DNA of 61,806 nt, filler included, from Sphacelaria rigidula (taxonomy: Eukaryota), in assembly GCA_964200075.2 (NCBI GenBank). It is 5 parts of 5 records of this genome, joined end to end, with 100 filler letters (N's around TTAATTAATTAA, not from the genome) between each part and the next. Parts side by side here need not be neighbours in the genome. Positions count along the whole stretch, not along the records: positions 49,527 to 61,806 come from CAXNAA020003929.1; 4 more parts are not named here. One strand, 5' to 3'. A program made the translations under genes and the position numbers. How positions within the stretch are numbered: the first letter of the stretch is position 1; each line of letters starts with the position of its first letter. The notes under the pieces are model-generated. The model was given only the letters and a program-made list of their open reading frames with translations. It was not told the DNA's origin and did no database searches. Below, one piece after another: positions 60,401-61,806 of the stretch.

Positions 60401-61439
60401 GAGACGGAGGCGTTGATCCAGCGTGCTCTGGCGATCAAGGAGGCTAGGTTGGGGACAGAAGATGTGCGGGTAGCTTACACGCCTCACGAGTTGGCTAGAT
60501 ATTTGACGAAACAAGGCCGGGCGGGGAAGTTGAAGGCGTTGCTCCTCGAGCTCTGGCGATCGAGGAGGTGAGGATGGGGATGAAGTATGTGCAGGTAACT
60601 TATACGGTGCACGAGTTGGCCTGTTGTTTGACTCCACGGGTCCGGGCGGGTGAGTCGGAGGCGTTACGTCGGCGAGCAGTGGCGATCGAGGAGGCCAGAA
60701 TGGGGGCGGAGGATGTGCGGGTAGGCGGTATGTTAAACGCGTTGGCCGGAATTTTTACTTCAAGGGACCGGGCGGGGGGGGGCGGAGTTGTTGTTCCGGC
60801 GAGCTTTGGCGATCGATGAGGCAAGGTTGGAGACGGAGGATGTGCGGGTAGCTTATACATTACACGATATGGCGAGGCGTTGTCCCGGCGAGCTCTGGCG
60901 ATCAAGGAGGCGAGATTGGGGATGGAGGAGATACGCTGCACGGGTTGGCCAGATGTTTGACTCAACTGGACAGGGCGGGGGAGGCAGAGGCGTTGTTCCG
61001 GCGAGCTCTAGCGATCGAGGAGGCGAGATTGAGGACGGAGGATGTGGAGGTAGGTCGTACGCTACACAAGCTGGCCAAATGTTGGACTCTACTGAACCGG
61101 GCGGGGTAGGCGGGGGCGTTGCTGTGGCGAGCTCTGGCGATCAAGGCGGAGAGATTGGGGACGGGGGATGTGCAGGTAGCAAATACGTTACACGAGTTGA
61201 CCAGATGTTTGACTCTACTCGACCGGGCGGGGGAAGCGGAGGCGTTGCTCTTGCGAACCCTGGCGACCGAGGAGGCGATATTGGGGACGGAAGATGTGCG
61301 TGTAGCTTATACGCTGCAAGAGTTGGGCATATGTTTGACTCTACTGGGCCGGGTGGGGGAGGCGGAGGCGTTGTTCCGGCGAGCTTTGGCGATCAAGGAA
61401 GTGAGATTCGGGGCGGAGGATGTGCAGGTAGCGTCTACA
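57472..61439 (+). pseudogene. Post-stop continuation of the TPR array
   Basis: Same frame as the ORF, with TAG 57595-57597 and TGA 59293-59295, then a MITE insertion and frameshifts distally. Confidence 0.8.
59466..59933. mobile_element. piggyBac-type MITE (468 bp) inserted in TPR unit 29
   Basis: TTAA|CCCTTTTGGAAC ... GTTCCAAAAGGG|TTGA. Removing 472 bp restores the 126-bp register and the reading frame. Confidence 0.9.
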
Positions 61440-61687
61440 ATCCGGCCACCCGACGCATCATGGATAGCAGGAACATCGACTTCATCTAGACGCCGTCGCG
61501 CCTGGCGCCGACGGGGGAGCGACAGCTTCTGATACACCCTTGAACACGTTGCGGCGCACTTGTATTCCGGTAGCACGGTGTGAAGCAAAATGAGTGAGTT
61601 TTATCTGTATCGGTAACAAGCGCGTCCGAATAACCGTTGCTGCTCACAAACATCATTTGAATGGAATTGCGTGGAAGAAATGGGCCA

Positions 61688-61768
61688 AAATCCCCCCCCC
61701 CCCTCCTGTCGTAGCATGACTTATGCGTCTATGTGAGAGTCATCCTACGATAGGGGGGGGGGGTATTT
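61688..61768. repeat. Small hairpin/MITE with poly-C/poly-G ends; the same end occurs at 12385-12415
   Basis: C-run-TGTCGTAGCATGACT vs AGTCATCCTACGATA-G-run. 12385-12415 is the reverse complement of the right arm. Confidence 0.65.
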
Positions 61769-61806
61769 GATTAAAAAAAAAAAGAGGCTCATAAGTGTGT
61801 CAGATA

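Larger units (their letters stand above)
55885..61439 (+). repeat. Tandem array of ~40 126-bp TPR-coding units
   Basis: 28 exact-length units from 55885 to 59412 (28x126=3528). Unit 29 is split by an insertion. The array resumes, with unit 30 starting at 60011, and decays with indels after ~60330. Confidence 0.95.

Noticed and set aside
55885-61439. Regular repeat array as CRISPR or TALE
   Set aside because: The units are contiguous protein-coding 42-aa TPRs with no spacers and no TALE consensus.

Overview
Eukaryotic, intron- and transposon-rich DNA, most consistent with a brown alga (Phaeophyceae). This rests on the NB-ARC-TPR gene, one-repeat-per-exon TPR cassettes, long TE-filled introns and CCCTAA repeats, and is an inference. 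The window is not one locus. Four identical 100-nt linkers (N44-TTAATTAATTAA-N44) join five unrelated contigs of 12283, 12282, 12281, 12280 and 12280 nt, sorted by length. Contig 1 holds a minus-strand multi-exon gene whose spliced product resembles the N-terminal region of Integrator subunit 2. Contig 2 is decayed Ty3/Gypsy and DNA-transposon relics. Contig 3 has an unknown multi-exon gene and a 5'-truncated LINE from a family that sits in poly-C tracts. Contig 4 has four duplicated 126-nt phase-0 TPR exons, a 1.1-kb Ginger-like foldback element and a piggyBac-type end followed by an OTU-like protease ORF. Contig 5 carries the most striking locus, an NLR-like NB-ARC-TPR gene. Its TPR region is an intronless tandem array of about 40 near-identical 126-bp units with hypervariable residues on one helix face. 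About two thirds of the array lies beyond in-frame stops and could act as a silent repeat reservoir. All homology calls come from motif recognition by eye, not database searches.
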